A DNA stretch of 64,000 nucleotides from Candidatus Yonathbacteria bacterium RIFCSPLOWO2_01_FULL_47_33b (GCA_001823575.1 MHUW01000007.1:24223-88222); one strand, 5' to 3'; counted from the stretch's first letter, positions 48,561 to 58,988 are shown. Made by a program: numbers and translations. Notes: a model not told the origin generated them from the letters alone.

Positions 48561-48606
48561 CAACTAACATGTATTCTTAGCTATAGCTAAGAATACATGT
48601 TAGTTG
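48561..48606. repeat. 46-bp perfect palindrome
   Basis: caactaacatgtattcttagcta|tagctaagaatacatgttagttg, further flanked by gcatta/taatgc. Confidence 0.7.
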
Positions 48607-48620
48607 TAATGCTAGGCAAT

Positions 48621-49481
48621 CTAATTTTCAAACCCAAAAAATATTTTGTTACCGAAGCGCATATCTATGTAGAGGAGTTTCTTTTTCGGGGTGACATCAG
48701 GAGGAAATTGTACGGGAAGCGCGGCAAGGAGATTTTTCATAATCGTTTCTGCGCTGGCAGTATCTTTGAAGCGAAGTTCGACACCAGCAAGCATCGGGTA
48801 TTTATCACTCTTTTTCATCGTTACCACCATTTCACCTTCTGGCTTCATTATGATGCGCAGCGGGTCACCGAGTTCGCGCATGAGAGAGGAAACCAACGTG
48901 TGAGTAAGAATGAATTGTGCTGGTGGAATGTGGGCGCGAAGTATTCCTTCCTCGCTCGCCCCCAAAAGGGCACCATATATTTCGAGATATACACCCTCAG
49001 AAAAAGTCGGGGCACGATCAAATACAAAACCGGTATTATCGACAAAAAAACAACCTATGAGCTCGCGTATGTCGGGCGAGTACACCTCACCACACCACAG
49101 TGCATACGGTTTACGCTCGGAGACCTTTACCGAGATAGTGTGTGCGTCTATCCGTTCTACATAAGCACTCGCAAGGCGGGGAAACACATTCAACAATCCC
49201 TCTTCAATCTCGCGGCTCGGAAAAATCTGACTGTTCTCACGTGCATACGCTATATAATAATTACCTTTGAGTTTTTCACGCACGAGAGCCTCGACGGTGT
49301 CGCTGTCGACGGTTTGTGTGCCTACGACCTCTACGCGTGTTATCTTCCACTTATCATTTTGCGAAATACCGCCAATAGCAATAAAAAATAAAAACGCGAG
49401 GATGAGCACTGCTATCCCGCGCATAAACCAGAGCCTGCCGTGCTCACGAAGCCCTGTAATAATAGAGGCGATTTTTGCCAT
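48621..49481 (-). CDS. ftsQ: FtsQ/DivIB-like POTRA-domain membrane protein
   Basis: N-terminal TM plus a POTRA-like ITRVEVVGTQ region. Confidence 0.55.
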   Translation of the reverse strand: MAKIASIITGLREHGRLWFMRGIAVLILAFLFFIAIGGISQNDKWKITRVEVVGTQTVDSDTVEALVREKLKGNYYIAYARENSQIFPSREIEEGLLNVFPRLASAYVERIDAHTISVKVSERKPYALWCGEVYSPDIRELIGCFFVDNTGFVFDRAPTFSEGVYLEIYGALLGASEEGILRAHIPPAQFILTHTLVSSLMRELGDPLRIIMKPEGEMVVTMKKSDKYPMLAGVELRFKDTASAETIMKNLLAALPVQFPPDVTPKKKLLYIDMRFGNKIFFGFEN

Positions 49482-49502
49482 ATTAAAAAATGAGAAGCAG
49501 TG

Positions 49503-50765
49503 CTACCCGATGATGTCCTTGCCCATGTAGGGACGCAGGACCTCGGGAACGGTGATTGTCCCATCAGCGTTCTGGTAGTTTTCTAGCAGAGGTACAAGAA
49601 TACGCGGTGTAGCTATTGCGGTATTGTTGAGTGAATGCGCAAAATGCATCTTGCCCTCCTTGTCACGATAGCGAATATTCAAACGGCGTGTCTGAAAGTC
49701 GTGGAAGTACGATGCTGAGTGTGTCTCGCGATACTTACCCTCGGAAGGCACCCATGCCTCGATGTCGTATTTTTTCACCTGACCGAGACCGAGGTCGCCA
49801 CCGCAGTTGAGGACGACATGGTAAGGAATCTTGAGCTTTTGCATCAAACGCTCCGACATCTGAAGGAGGAACTCGTGATACTTCACACTCTCCTCGTGGC
49901 TCGCCTCGCAGAGAATGACCTGCTCCCATTTGTAAAACTCGTGCACGCGAATGAGGCCTTTGACGTCTTTACTGTGACTGCCCGCTTCGCGACGAAATGC
50001 TGATGAGAATGAAATATATTTTTTAGGAAGTTCTTCAAGAGGAAGCACCTCGTCCATATGGTAACCCATCGTCGCCACCTCGGCAGTGCCTGCAAGAAAA
50101 TCGCCGTCCTGTGTTTTATAGAGATCAGGTTCGCCTTGAGGAAGGAAGCCGGTACCGAGAAGCGACTCGCGACGCACGAGTGATGGCACGATCATCGGCG
50201 TGAAGCCCTCTGCACAAAGCTCGTTCAATACAAACTGTGAAAGAGCAAAGATGAGGCGCGCCCCATCGTTCTTTAACACGTAACCACGAAAACCAGCAAT
50301 CTTGGTGCCACGCTCAAAGTCCGCCATATCGTGCATCTCGAGGAGCTCCATCTGACCCTTGGGCGTAAAAGAAAACTGTGGTATGTCGCCCCATGTTTTT
50401 ATTTCTGCATTATCCGCATCATCTGAACCTTCGGGCACCGACATATCAGGAATGTTGGGAACACTGAGCATCATAAGCTGCCACTTTTTCATTACCTCCC
50501 CAAGCTCCTCCTCTTTTTTCTGGAGCTCCTCTTTGACGAGCTTTGAAGCGGTAATCATCCGCTCGCGCTCTGTCTGGTCGCTCGCACGCGCAACCGCCGA
50601 AGCAGTCTCGTTTTGCTTACCCCGCATTGCCTCTACTTCTAAAAGGAGGGCTCGACGAGTGTCGTCAACTGCGAGGAGCTCGTCAACATTGAAATCAATG
50701 TGTTTTTTCGTGGCGCCGGCGGCAACGAGGTCTTTATTTTCGCGGATGAATTTGATGTCTAACAT
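49503..50765 (-). CDS. serS: serine--tRNA ligase
   Basis: N-terminal coiled-coil and class II aaRS motifs. The track start 50816 is upstream of the conserved MLDIKFIREN. Confidence 0.95.
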   Translation of the reverse strand: MLDIKFIRENKDLVAAGATKKHIDFNVDELLAVDDTRRALLLEVEAMRGKQNETASAVARASDQTERERMITASKLVKEELQKKEEELGEVMKKWQLMMLSVPNIPDMSVPEGSDDADNAEIKTWGDIPQFSFTPKGQMELLEMHDMADFERGTKIAGFRGYVLKNDGARLIFALSQFVLNELCAEGFTPMIVPSLVRRESLLGTGFLPQGEPDLYKTQDGDFLAGTAEVATMGYHMDEVLPLEELPKKYISFSSAFRREAGSHSKDVKGLIRVHEFYKWEQVILCEASHEESVKYHEFLLQMSERLMQKLKIPYHVVLNCGGDLGLGQVKKYDIEAWVPSEGKYRETHSASYFHDFQTRRLNIRYRDKEGKMHFAHSLNNTAIATPRILVPLLENYQNADGTITVPEVLRPYMGKDIIG

Positions 50766-50805
50766 ATAGCTATGAGTATACCAGACGTGATAGAATGAGT
50801 AAAAT

Positions 50806-51696
50806 ATGAACAGCACACCAAAAGGAATTCAGGAGCTCGCACCCGAGGACTTCCCTCTCGCGCTCCTTGAAATCCCCCAGCCACCTGAAACACTCTACGT
50901 GCGCGGTACGCTCCCCGATCCTACACAATTTTACTATCTCGCGGTCGTCGGTTCACGAAAATTTACGAATTATGGTCGTGAAGCAGTCGAGCGTATCATC
51001 GGTGGGCTCGCTGGCTATCCTATATGCATCGTCTCCGGCCTCGCCATGGGTATCGACGCTATCGCCCATCGTGTGGCACTCGACGCCGGCCTCCCTACGG
51101 TCGCTATTCCTGGCTCAGGGCTCGACAGTAGTGTCATCTATCCGCGATCCAATCTCGCCCTCGCGCGCGAGATTATCGAGAACGGTGGTGCACTCCTTTC
51201 TGAGTTTGCCCCCGACCTCCGCGCTGCACCGTGGACATTTCCTCAGCGCAACCGCATTATGGCAGGCATCTCACAAAGTACGCTCGTTATCGAAGCCGAA
51301 GAAAAATCCGGCACCCTCATCACCGCGCGTCTCGCGGTCGACTACAACAGAAATGTCTTCGCTGTTCCCGGCTCTATTTTTTCGGCGTCATCAAAGGGCA
51401 CCAACAAACTCATCCGCCAAGGCGCGACCCCCATCACGAGTGCACAGGACCTCCTTGAAGAGCTCGGCCTTGTAGAGCAAGCATTCGGCCCCGACACAAA
51501 ACAAGAACCTCTCGACCTCACCCTCTACAGCCCCGATGAGCAAGCGATTCTCATACTATTAGATGAACCTATGTCTCGCGAAGATATTCTCTCGGCCGTA
51601 TCTCTTCCATCTGCCTCAACCCTCTCAACCCTCACTATTCTCGAGATTAAAGGCGTGGTTTGCGAGAAAATGGGTAAAATTATGCGTATTCTATAG
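50806..51696 (+). CDS. dprA: DNA processing protein DprA (Smf)
   Basis: AVVGSRKFTNYG...GLAMGIDAIAHR Rossmann-like DprA core and C-terminal wH. Confidence 0.9.
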   Translation: MNSTPKGIQELAPEDFPLALLEIPQPPETLYVRGTLPDPTQFYYLAVVGSRKFTNYGREAVERIIGGLAGYPICIVSGLAMGIDAIAHRVALDAGLPTVAIPGSGLDSSVIYPRSNLALAREIIENGGALLSEFAPDLRAAPWTFPQRNRIMAGISQSTLVIEAEEKSGTLITARLAVDYNRNVFAVPGSIFSASSKGTNKLIRQGATPITSAQDLLEELGLVEQAFGPDTKQEPLDLTLYSPDEQAILILLDEPMSREDILSAVSLPSASTLSTLTILEIKGVVCEKMGKIMRIL

Positions 51697-51790
51697 GGTG
51701 TTTGGCGTTTTTAAGGTTTTATGCTATAATTCACCTCGACGCACAAAGAGTGCGTTTTGTACATTTAGACAATAAAATAAGGGATAATTT

Positions 51791-52108
51791 ATGATTGCAA
51801 GATTGCTTCAAAAACAGCCTGGTACTGCAGATGTTATTAAACAAGGGCTCAATGATGGGTATCAACCGTCAACACGCACAATGCTTAATATCGGACCCAA
51901 CCTTTGCTCGCACATGAGAGAAAACGGCATAAAAACTGTCCGCGACCTCGCTTTGCTTCGCAAGGAGAAACTCTACGAGATTTTGTCAAAGCGCGATAAT
52001 CCACCAGAAGATCTGGCGGTTATTGAAAAAGCTCTCACTGAAGTCGGACTCAAGATGGGGATGACCCGCGACGAGTTCAATCGCTACAAAAAAGCATCAC
52101 AACCATAA
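51791..52108 (+). CDS. RpoA C-terminal-domain-like (HhH) small protein
   Basis: IGPNLCSHMRENGIKTVRDL...GLKMGM resembles the alphaCTD fold signature. Confidence 0.5.
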   Translation: MIARLLQKQPGTADVIKQGLNDGYQPSTRTMLNIGPNLCSHMRENGIKTVRDLALLRKEKLYEILSKRDNPPEDLAVIEKALTEVGLKMGMTRDEFNRYKKASQP

Positions 52109-52204
52109 TATAGGCCTATATTAGCTCCTCGGCTCGAAAATGGAAAAGATTACTGTTCCATTTCTCTCGCTCTACGTCGCTAATAACCAACAAGAACCCA
52201 AGTT

Positions 52205-52240
52205 TAACGCCTACTTTATTGTAGGCGTTTTCTGTTGCAG
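52205..52240 (+). terminator. rho-independent terminator
   Basis: aacgcctac-tttatt-gtaggcgtt plus a T-run. Confidence 0.65.
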
Positions 52241-52316
52241 GAGTGTCCCGATAAATTACTTTTCCACACCCCCTTAGTTTGCAAAATATACTACTATATA
52301 GTACTACTGTACCTTA

Positions 52317-54527
52317 ATGGCTGTTAAACAATACAAATTACTCATTGTCGAGTCGCCCTCAAAAGCAAAGACTATCGGCAAATACCTTGGCGATGGATAC
52401 ATCGTTAAGGCGAGCGTCGGGCACGTCCGCGACCTCCCTAAAAGCAACAAAAAGGCAATCGACATCCCTGCGGGATTCGTCCCTTTTTATGAAATTTCAA
52501 AAGGTAAGGCTGAGGTAATATCCGAGATTGACAGTCTCGCAAAAAAGGCAAGCGAGGTCCTACTCGCCACCGACCCCGACCGTGAAGGAGAGGCTATTGC
52601 GTGGCATATCAAGGAGGCTTGCGGCTTAAAGAAACCAAAGCGTATTGTCTTTCATGAGATTACCAAGGGCGCTATCGAAGAGGCGCTCAAGCATCCGCGT
52701 GTGATAGATGAGAACTTGCGTATCGCGCAGGAGGCGCGTCGTGTCCTTGATCGTCTCGTGGGCTATGACCTCTCAGGCCTCATTTGGAAAAAAGTTCGCT
52801 ATGGCCTTTCTGCTGGTCGCGTGCAGTCCCCCGCGCTCCGCATCATTATGGAGCGCGAACGCGAGATTCGCGCATTTATTCCTGAGGCATACTGGACGCT
52901 CACTGCAAAAGTAAAAACGCAAGGCAACGCCGAGCTCGAACTTTCTTGTGTAGAAGAACCACGCGATGAATTAGTCGTAAAAAATATTCTCAAAGTTGGC
53001 CGTGCCAATCAGTGGGTTGTGCGCGAAGTAAAAGAAAGCGAGGTGAGCCGTACCCCAAAGGCGCCCTTCATTACCTCTACTCTGCAACAGGCAGGCTCTT
53101 CGCGTTTTGGCTTTGCGCCATCACGTACGATGGGTATCGCGCAAAAACTCTACGAAAAAGGTTTTATCACCTATATGCGTACCGACAGCACGGTGCTTTC
53201 TCTTGATGCACAAAAGGCTGCCATCGCCGAGATTGCCAAGCGTTACGGGGCAGCATCGGCTGAAGCGCGCGTCTTTAAAACAAAAAGTAAAAATGCTCAA
53301 GAGGCGCATGAGGCTATCCGCCCTACCGATATGAGCAAGGACAATCTAGGCATCAACCCTGAGGAGCAAAAACTTTACAAACTTATTTGGGCACGCACCA
53401 TTGCATCACAAATGATCGATGCTAAACTTGCAAGGACAACGATTCTTGCAAACGTGCGAGAAAACTTGATACCAAACTTTTCCGTCACGGGTTCACGCGT
53501 TATTCTTCCCGGCTGGCTTGCGGCTGATCCTGACTCGCGTGGTGAGGATGTACAGCTCCCCAAGGTTTCTGAAGGCGAGCCACTTATTCTCCTTAGTCTT
53601 ACCGATGAAGCGAAGTTCACGGAGCCACCATCACGCTACTCTGAGGCAGGCCTTGTGAAAGAGCTCGAGAAACGTGACATTGGTCGCCCTTCTACATACG
53701 CGTCTATTATCAAGACCATCATCGACCGTGGGTATGTTATTAAAGAAGGCAAAGCGCTCAAACCAACCGATACGGGTGACGTGGTGAGCTCGTTCCTCGA
53801 GGAAAATTTTGCAAACTACATCTCGGATACTTTTACCGCAGAGATGGAAAATAAACTTGATGACATCGCCAACGGCGAACGTGATTATGTTAAAACCCTC
53901 AAAGAATTTTACGGACCGTTTACAAAAGAGGTAAAAGCAAAAGACAAGCTCGACAAGATCACCACCCTTGGTGACGCAGACCCTCAGCACAAGTGCCCCA
54001 AGTGTAACAGTTCGATGATCATCAAGCTTGGTCGCACCGGTAAATTCCTTTCGTGTAAAAAATATCCTGATTGCGATGGCGCACGCACTATTGAAGGACT
54101 CGAGCTCGCTGGTCCGCGCGATACGGGGGAGCTCTGCCCAAAGTGTGGCAAAGCAAACCTCGTTGAGCGTGAAGGGCGTTTTGGGCGCTTCATTGCCTGT
54201 GGCAGCTACCCTAAATGTAAGCACATTAAAAAGGACGACACCGCAGCCCTCCTCAATCATACGGGCGTCCCCTGCCCTATGTGTAAAAAAGGTTTTATGA
54301 CCGAACGCAAAGGCCGCTTTGGTATTTTTTATAGCTGTACCGACTACCCTGACTGCAAGAACGCTATCAAGGCAAAGCCTACCGGGAATTTCTGTACGTA
54401 CCCCAAAGCAGATGGCACAACCCCCTGCGGAGCCCTCATGATGGAAGGTACAAAAACGATTCCAGAACGCTGCTCAGATAAACTTTGTCCAAACCATAAT
54501 CCACATAAACTCAATAAGCCAGAATAA
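52317..54527 (+). CDS. topA: DNA topoisomerase I with C-terminal zinc ribbons
   Basis: Toprim VESPSKAKTI, active-site region and multiple CxxC...CxxC repeats. Confidence 0.95.
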   Translation: MAVKQYKLLIVESPSKAKTIGKYLGDGYIVKASVGHVRDLPKSNKKAIDIPAGFVPFYEISKGKAEVISEIDSLAKKASEVLLATDPDREGEAIAWHIKEACGLKKPKRIVFHEITKGAIEEALKHPRVIDENLRIAQEARRVLDRLVGYDLSGLIWKKVRYGLSAGRVQSPALRIIMEREREIRAFIPEAYWTLTAKVKTQGNAELELSCVEEPRDELVVKNILKVGRANQWVVREVKESEVSRTPKAPFITSTLQQAGSSRFGFAPSRTMGIAQKLYEKGFITYMRTDSTVLSLDAQKAAIAEIAKRYGAASAEARVFKTKSKNAQEAHEAIRPTDMSKDNLGINPEEQKLYKLIWARTIASQMIDAKLARTTILANVRENLIPNFSVTGSRVILPGWLAADPDSRGEDVQLPKVSEGEPLILLSLTDEAKFTEPPSRYSEAGLVKELEKRDIGRPSTYASIIKTIIDRGYVIKEGKALKPTDTGDVVSSFLEENFANYISDTFTAEMENKLDDIANGERDYVKTLKEFYGPFTKEVKAKDKLDKITTLGDADPQHKCPKCNSSMIIKLGRTGKFLSCKKYPDCDGARTIEGLELAGPRDTGELCPKCGKANLVEREGRFGRFIACGSYPKCKHIKKDDTAALLNHTGVPCPMCKKGFMTERKGRFGIFYSCTDYPDCKNAIKAKPTGNFCTYPKADGTTPCGALMMEGTKTIPERCSDKLCPNHNPHKLNKPE

Positions 54528-54640
54528 TTGCACCCTTGCGTCTATTCTAGGTTTATGGCAGAGTGCAGATAGCAAGCAACACGGTTGCGACTGGTCCAGC
54601 AGAACTGGAATCGTAGTACCTTCAAAAAGGAACAGCTATC

Positions 54641-55300
54641 ATGAATGATAGAACACCCTTACCTCCAAAACAGGTCCCTGGCTGGTTTATTGCACTACAG
54701 GTTGCGGTTCTTCAACAGCTACCTCGCCCCGAAGACGGCATGGATAAAGTCACGGCGCTCAGATGGACAGACAATCAGGGGGACCTCAAACAAAATCTTG
54801 CTTCGCTGGTTACCCCTCCAAGGATTCAACTCAGTAACAAGGGCATCGGCATCCTTCATACTTTTGATATTTTTGTACCCAATGATATCGACGAGCTGCG
54901 CACAAAATACTCGTCCGACAAAAACATTGCCGTGCAAAAACTCACCCCCGGACAAAAGCTCAAGGTTGACCTCATTATGAACGGTCACCATCTACCAATT
55001 CGGGACTGCATTAACGTTCTCAGAAGTAGCGGCGCATTATTTCTTGGAGAGGTTGGCTCTATGCTTATTATCAACGCCCAGGCAGAGTTGAACAAGAAAC
55101 AGATGCGTATTCCTTTGAGCGACCAATGGATGGCATCCTTTGACGAGAAAAATGCTGCTCTCGAGCCAGCCTCAAAAGGCCCTTTGGTTCCGGGTATTAT
55201 TGGGCCGCTTTACTCCAACTATGGACGTATGGTCAAAACGACCGAGGAACTCGACCAGGATGGATTAACTTTCTTTTTCTCTTTCCATGATGCTAGCTAA
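54641..55300 (+). CDS. hypothetical protein
   Basis: SD AAGGAA. No domain recognised. Confidence 0.5.
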   Translation: MNDRTPLPPKQVPGWFIALQVAVLQQLPRPEDGMDKVTALRWTDNQGDLKQNLASLVTPPRIQLSNKGIGILHTFDIFVPNDIDELRTKYSSDKNIAVQKLTPGQKLKVDLIMNGHHLPIRDCINVLRSSGALFLGEVGSMLIINAQAELNKKQMRIPLSDQWMASFDEKNAALEPASKGPLVPGIIGPLYSNYGRMVKTTEELDQDGLTFFFSFHDAS

Positions 55301-55311
55301 TGTGTTCCTTT

Positions 55312-55345
55312 CAAATCCCCGCAAAGTATTGCGGGGATTTTATTT
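55312..55345 (+). terminator. rho-independent terminator
   Basis: atccccgcaa-agta-ttgcggggat plus tttatttt. Confidence 0.7.
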
Positions 55346-55431
55346 TGATTCAGAACATGCAGGTTGACAAAAGGCTCAAAAATTGTAGTGTTCACTTAGA
55401 AGTTATTTATATTTAGCCAAAGGAGGTCATC

Positions 55432-55800
55432 GTGCGCCATACATTACCTTCAATACCACTTGAAAAGTTCACCGAGGAAGTATTCGTTAGCATCTTAAAA
55501 ATCTACGGCGATGTTGCGGAAATAAGAAATCCCTGCGAGACGAGCGCTGACCCGCGGGGCACTATTGAATTCATCTGGGTGGACTTATCGAATCACCTTT
55601 GGTGCGAATTCCGCTTCGGATCTTCTTTGACTCATCACTCGAAACTTTTTCTCCGTCCTGTCATGGGAAAAGACTGCCTGCATGTGGGGTTTGATTTTGA
55701 CCCCAACACGTCTGACGATTCACAAGCACGCGCCGTAACGATGCGAGAAAATTTTCACCATGAAGTTCAAAAATATCTCGACACCCTAAAAATTGACTGA
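55432..55800 (+). CDS. hypothetical protein (GTG start)
   Basis: Strong SD AAGGAGGT 5 nt before the GTG. Confidence 0.55.
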   Translation: MRHTLPSIPLEKFTEEVFVSILKIYGDVAEIRNPCETSADPRGTIEFIWVDLSNHLWCEFRFGSSLTHHSKLFLRPVMGKDCLHVGFDFDPNTSDDSQARAVTMRENFHHEVQKYLDTLKID

Positions 55801-55809
55801 GGAGGTTTT

Positions 55810-56118
55810 ATGTTTGATTATCTGTTTGTTATAAAGTTTAACCTCGCGGCGTTTCTTATACTGTTTGGGATGTTCCTTCTGGTGTTTGCCATTGCGATGA
55901 CGTTCATCCTGTGGCGCGCCGACCCCGAACAACTCGCAGAAGCTCGTCGTTTGATAGACCTTGCCAAAAGAGCAAACAAGGGGGATACGCATGCATGCGA
56001 TCAATGTAACAGGGAACCCGATATTAAAAAAAGGATGGTATTCAAAAACGGTGATTATGGAGCTTGCTATACAGTCCGTCGAGACGTAATCTACCGAATA
56101 TTCGGCTATAGCACATGA
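55810..56118 (+). CDS. hypothetical membrane-anchored protein
   Basis: SD GAGGAGG overlapping the upstream stop. N-terminal TM helix. Confidence 0.55.
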   Translation: MFDYLFVIKFNLAAFLILFGMFLLVFAIAMTFILWRADPEQLAEARRLIDLAKRANKGDTHACDQCNREPDIKKRMVFKNGDYGACYTVRRDVIYRIFGYST

Positions 56119-56124
56119 TTTTTT

Positions 56125-56165
56125 CATACCGCATACAAACGTTGTTTGTATGCGGTATTTGCTTT
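56125..56165 (+). terminator. terminator with a 15-bp perfect stem
   Basis: ataccgcatacaaac-gtt-gtttgtatgcggtat plus ttgctttt. Confidence 0.7.
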
Positions 56166-56193
56166 TCAGTCATTCTTCGCCTACTATGGATAG

Positions 56194-57681
56194 ATGAGTC
56201 ATCCTCCCTACCCCAGCGCAAAAGAAATCATCGCCCTGATGAAATCGCCAACAAAAGAAGACAAGGCGCTCATTGAAAAAGCGTACGCGTTCGCTGAAAA
56301 GGCACACGCGGAGCAAAAACGCTACTCAGGTGAGCCGTATTTTAACCATGTGGCACACGTAGGCTACACCCTTGCGGGCATTCACGTTGATGCGACCACC
56401 ATCGCCGCAGGACTCCTCCATGACACCATAGAAGACGCCGATGTGCCGCCAAAAACTATCGAGCAAGAGTTTAGTAAAGAAGTGCGCATACTTGTTGAAG
56501 GGGTCACCAAATTAGGTAAATTGAAGTACCGCGGTGTTGAGCGTCACGTCGAGAGCCTTCGCAAATTTTTTATTGCCGTATCGCAGGATATCCGCGTGCT
56601 TCTCATTAAACTCGCTGACCGTCTCCATAATATTCAAACCCTTGAGCACGTGCCAGAGGCAAAGAGAAAGCGTATTGCCCTTGAGACCCTCGAGATTCAC
56701 TCGCGCCTCGCCGATCGCTTTGGTATGGGTAAATGGAAAAGTATTTTTGAAGATGCAGCCTTCCCCTACGCCTATCCCGAGGACTACGAAAAAGTTCTCG
56801 CTATCATAAAAAAGAAACGGGTTGTTGATGAAAAATATGCCGAAAAAATTCATCACTCTCTCCAGAGAGAGCTCGTGGATAACGGCATCAAAACGGCAAA
56901 GGTCGACTACCGCGTTAAAACACTATACAGCCTCTGGCACAAACTCGCCCGCAAGGACATGGATGCTGATAAAGTCTACGATATTCTCGCCGTACGCGTC
57001 ATCGTAAAATCCATTGACGACTGCTACAAAGCGCTCGGTATCATTCACAAACACTGGCGTCCCGTTCCTGGCCGTGTAAAGGACTATATCGCGGTACCCA
57101 AACCTAATGGCTACCGTTCGCTCCACACCACCATTTTCCGCGGTGACGGCGGTATCATAGAGATACAGATACGCACCCCTGAAATGCACGAGGAAGCACA
57201 GTACGGGATTGCTTCACATTTGGCGTACAAAGAAAAAGGCTCCAATAGTGGTGACCTTGAAAAAAATACCGCATGGCTCAAAGAGGTTGCCAAATGGCAA
57301 GGCGATGTTGCCAAGTCCGATGAATTCCTCGAGGACCTCAAAATGGACTTCTTTCGTGAGCGTGTATTTGCCTTTACCCCCAAGGGTGACATCATCGACC
57401 TTCCCGAAGAGTCTACACCGATTGACTTTGCGTATGCCATTCACTCCGACATCGGCAACCATATTGCCGGTACCAAAATAAATGGCAAGCTCGTATCACT
57501 CGACACCAAACTCAAAAACGGCGACATTGTTGATATTGAGACCAAAGAAAGTGCAACCCCAAAGCGCAAGTGGCTTGACTATGCAAAGACTACGATGGCA
57601 AAGCGTCACATAAAATCCTACCTCGACAAAAACAGCCCCGTCGAACTCCTCGCACAAAAGTTTTTTGGGAAAAAGAAATAG
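56194..57681 (+). CDS. rel: bifunctional (p)ppGpp synthetase/hydrolase, short RSH (HD + synthetase + TGS, no ACT/RRM C-terminus)
   Basis: HD motif LLHDTIED, synthetase GYRSLHTTI...IEIQIRT and TGS domain. Confidence 0.9.
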   Translation: MSHPPYPSAKEIIALMKSPTKEDKALIEKAYAFAEKAHAEQKRYSGEPYFNHVAHVGYTLAGIHVDATTIAAGLLHDTIEDADVPPKTIEQEFSKEVRILVEGVTKLGKLKYRGVERHVESLRKFFIAVSQDIRVLLIKLADRLHNIQTLEHVPEAKRKRIALETLEIHSRLADRFGMGKWKSIFEDAAFPYAYPEDYEKVLAIIKKKRVVDEKYAEKIHHSLQRELVDNGIKTAKVDYRVKTLYSLWHKLARKDMDADKVYDILAVRVIVKSIDDCYKALGIIHKHWRPVPGRVKDYIAVPKPNGYRSLHTTIFRGDGGIIEIQIRTPEMHEEAQYGIASHLAYKEKGSNSGDLEKNTAWLKEVAKWQGDVAKSDEFLEDLKMDFFRERVFAFTPKGDIIDLPEESTPIDFAYAIHSDIGNHIAGTKINGKLVSLDTKLKNGDIVDIETKESATPKRKWLDYAKTTMAKRHIKSYLDKNSPVELLAQKFFGKKK

Positions 57682-57688
57682 TCCGCTC

Positions 57689-57783
57689 GGCAAGCTCCTT
57701 TTTAGGGTACGGATTTTTTGAAGCTTAAAAAATCCTGAAGTGTTCGCGTCGCCACGCTCTCAACCCCCTAAAAAGGACTTGCC
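57689..57783. repeat. nested inverted-repeat structure (outer 18-bp stem enclosing a 9-bp-stem hairpin)
   Basis: ggcaagctcctttttaggg ... ggattttttg-aagctt-aaaaaatcc ... ccctaaaaaggacttgcc. Confidence 0.55.
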
Positions 57784-57956
57784 TCGCTCCAAGGTTAAAT
57801 GCGTGGGTTAATTTTATTGATTACATTTCCACGGGTGTATCTTGCACTCACGTATTGCTGCACGTTTACCAGATAGATCAAAAACACTCGACAAAATAGT
57901 AAAGCCGAGTATTATCAAAAAAAATACTAGGAAGATATTTTTAAATTTTGACATTT

Positions 57957-58985
57957 TTACAGTGAGAAATTCTTTACGTTGTAGAGGTCTTCTTCGGGTT
58001 CCTCCATCATCTTTTCTTCGTCGGCTTCTGCAAGCTCTCCAATCTCTGCGGGCTGTGCCGCTTCTTCGGCTGTCTCGCCGAGAGGTATCCCGCTTTCGAC
58101 TTTTGACTTTTGACCTTCGACTGAATTCTCAAGCTCTGCGTGCAAACGCTTGAGGAAGTTGCGGACATCATCGTTTGAAAAGAAGTCAATAACAATCTTA
58201 CCGCCCACTTCGCGCTTTTCAATCTGTACGCGCGTACCGAGACGCTCGGTGAGCTCCTGTTCAAACTCCATCATTTCAGGATCAAACCCACGCTCTGGCT
58301 TGCGGACCTTGTCCACGGCGATACGGCGTGCGATACGCTCTGCCTCGCGTACATTGAGCTTCTTGAAAATAATCTCCTTAAACAGCGTCATCTGCTCTTC
58401 CTTGCGGTCGTTCAACATAAGGAGGGGGCGTGAGTGACCTTCGTTGATACGGCGCTCTGAGAGTGCAGTAAGCATTTCTTCAGGAAGACCTAGGAGACGC
58501 AACGTGTTTGAAACATACTCACGACTCTTGCCCACCTTTTGTGCAATCTGCACATGCTTGAAACCAAAATCATCAACGAGGCGTTGGAACGCCTTGGCGC
58601 GATCAACCGGATTCAAGTCCTCGCGCTGAAGGTTTTCGATAATAGCGAGCTCGAGCTTGATGCGGTCTTCTTCTTCCCTGCCTTCCTCGCCGATACGAAT
58701 GAGCACCGGTACCTGAGTGAGTCCTGCAAGCTTTGATGCACGCAAGCGACGCTCTCCGGCAATCAATTCATACTCAACCGCAAGCCCCCCTTCAGGCTTT
58801 TCGATTTCACGACGCGTAACGACAAGCGGCTGCAAAATACCATACTGCTTGATAGAGTCCGCGAGGTCGCGGAGTTTGTGTTCGTCAAACTCTTTACGCG
58901 GTTGAAATGGGTTCGGTTTGATCTTTTCAACTTCAATCCAAAAGATTGCGTTCTGGTACATTTGGTTGGGTGGTTGCTGTGACAT
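57957..58985 (-). CDS. parB: ParB/Spo0J-family protein with no adjacent parA
   Basis: ParB box GERRLRA and HTH region. Acidic C-tail. The track start 59006 is upstream, so the ATG at 58985 is preferred. Confidence 0.85.
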   Translation of the reverse strand: MSQQPPNQMYQNAIFWIEVEKIKPNPFQPRKEFDEHKLRDLADSIKQYGILQPLVVTRREIEKPEGGLAVEYELIAGERRLRASKLAGLTQVPVLIRIGEEGREEEDRIKLELAIIENLQREDLNPVDRAKAFQRLVDDFGFKHVQIAQKVGKSREYVSNTLRLLGLPEEMLTALSERRINEGHSRPLLMLNDRKEEQMTLFKEIIFKKLNVREAERIARRIAVDKVRKPERGFDPEMMEFEQELTERLGTRVQIEKREVGGKIVIDFFSNDDVRNFLKRLHAELENSVEGQKSKVESGIPLGETAEEAAQPAEIGELAEADEEKMMEEPEEDLYNVKNFSL

Positions 58986-58988
58986 TAT

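Noticed and set aside
47491-49391. Plus-strand ORFs (247 aa, 264 aa) antisense to dus and the ftsQ-like gene
   Set aside because: They are antisense to conserved genes with no start signals. The second begins inside the 46-bp palindrome.
57842-58153. 103-aa plus-strand ORF overlapping the 3' end of parB
   Set aside because: Arg/Leu-rich antisense artefact. The region is better explained as the parB C-terminus plus convergent terminator structures.
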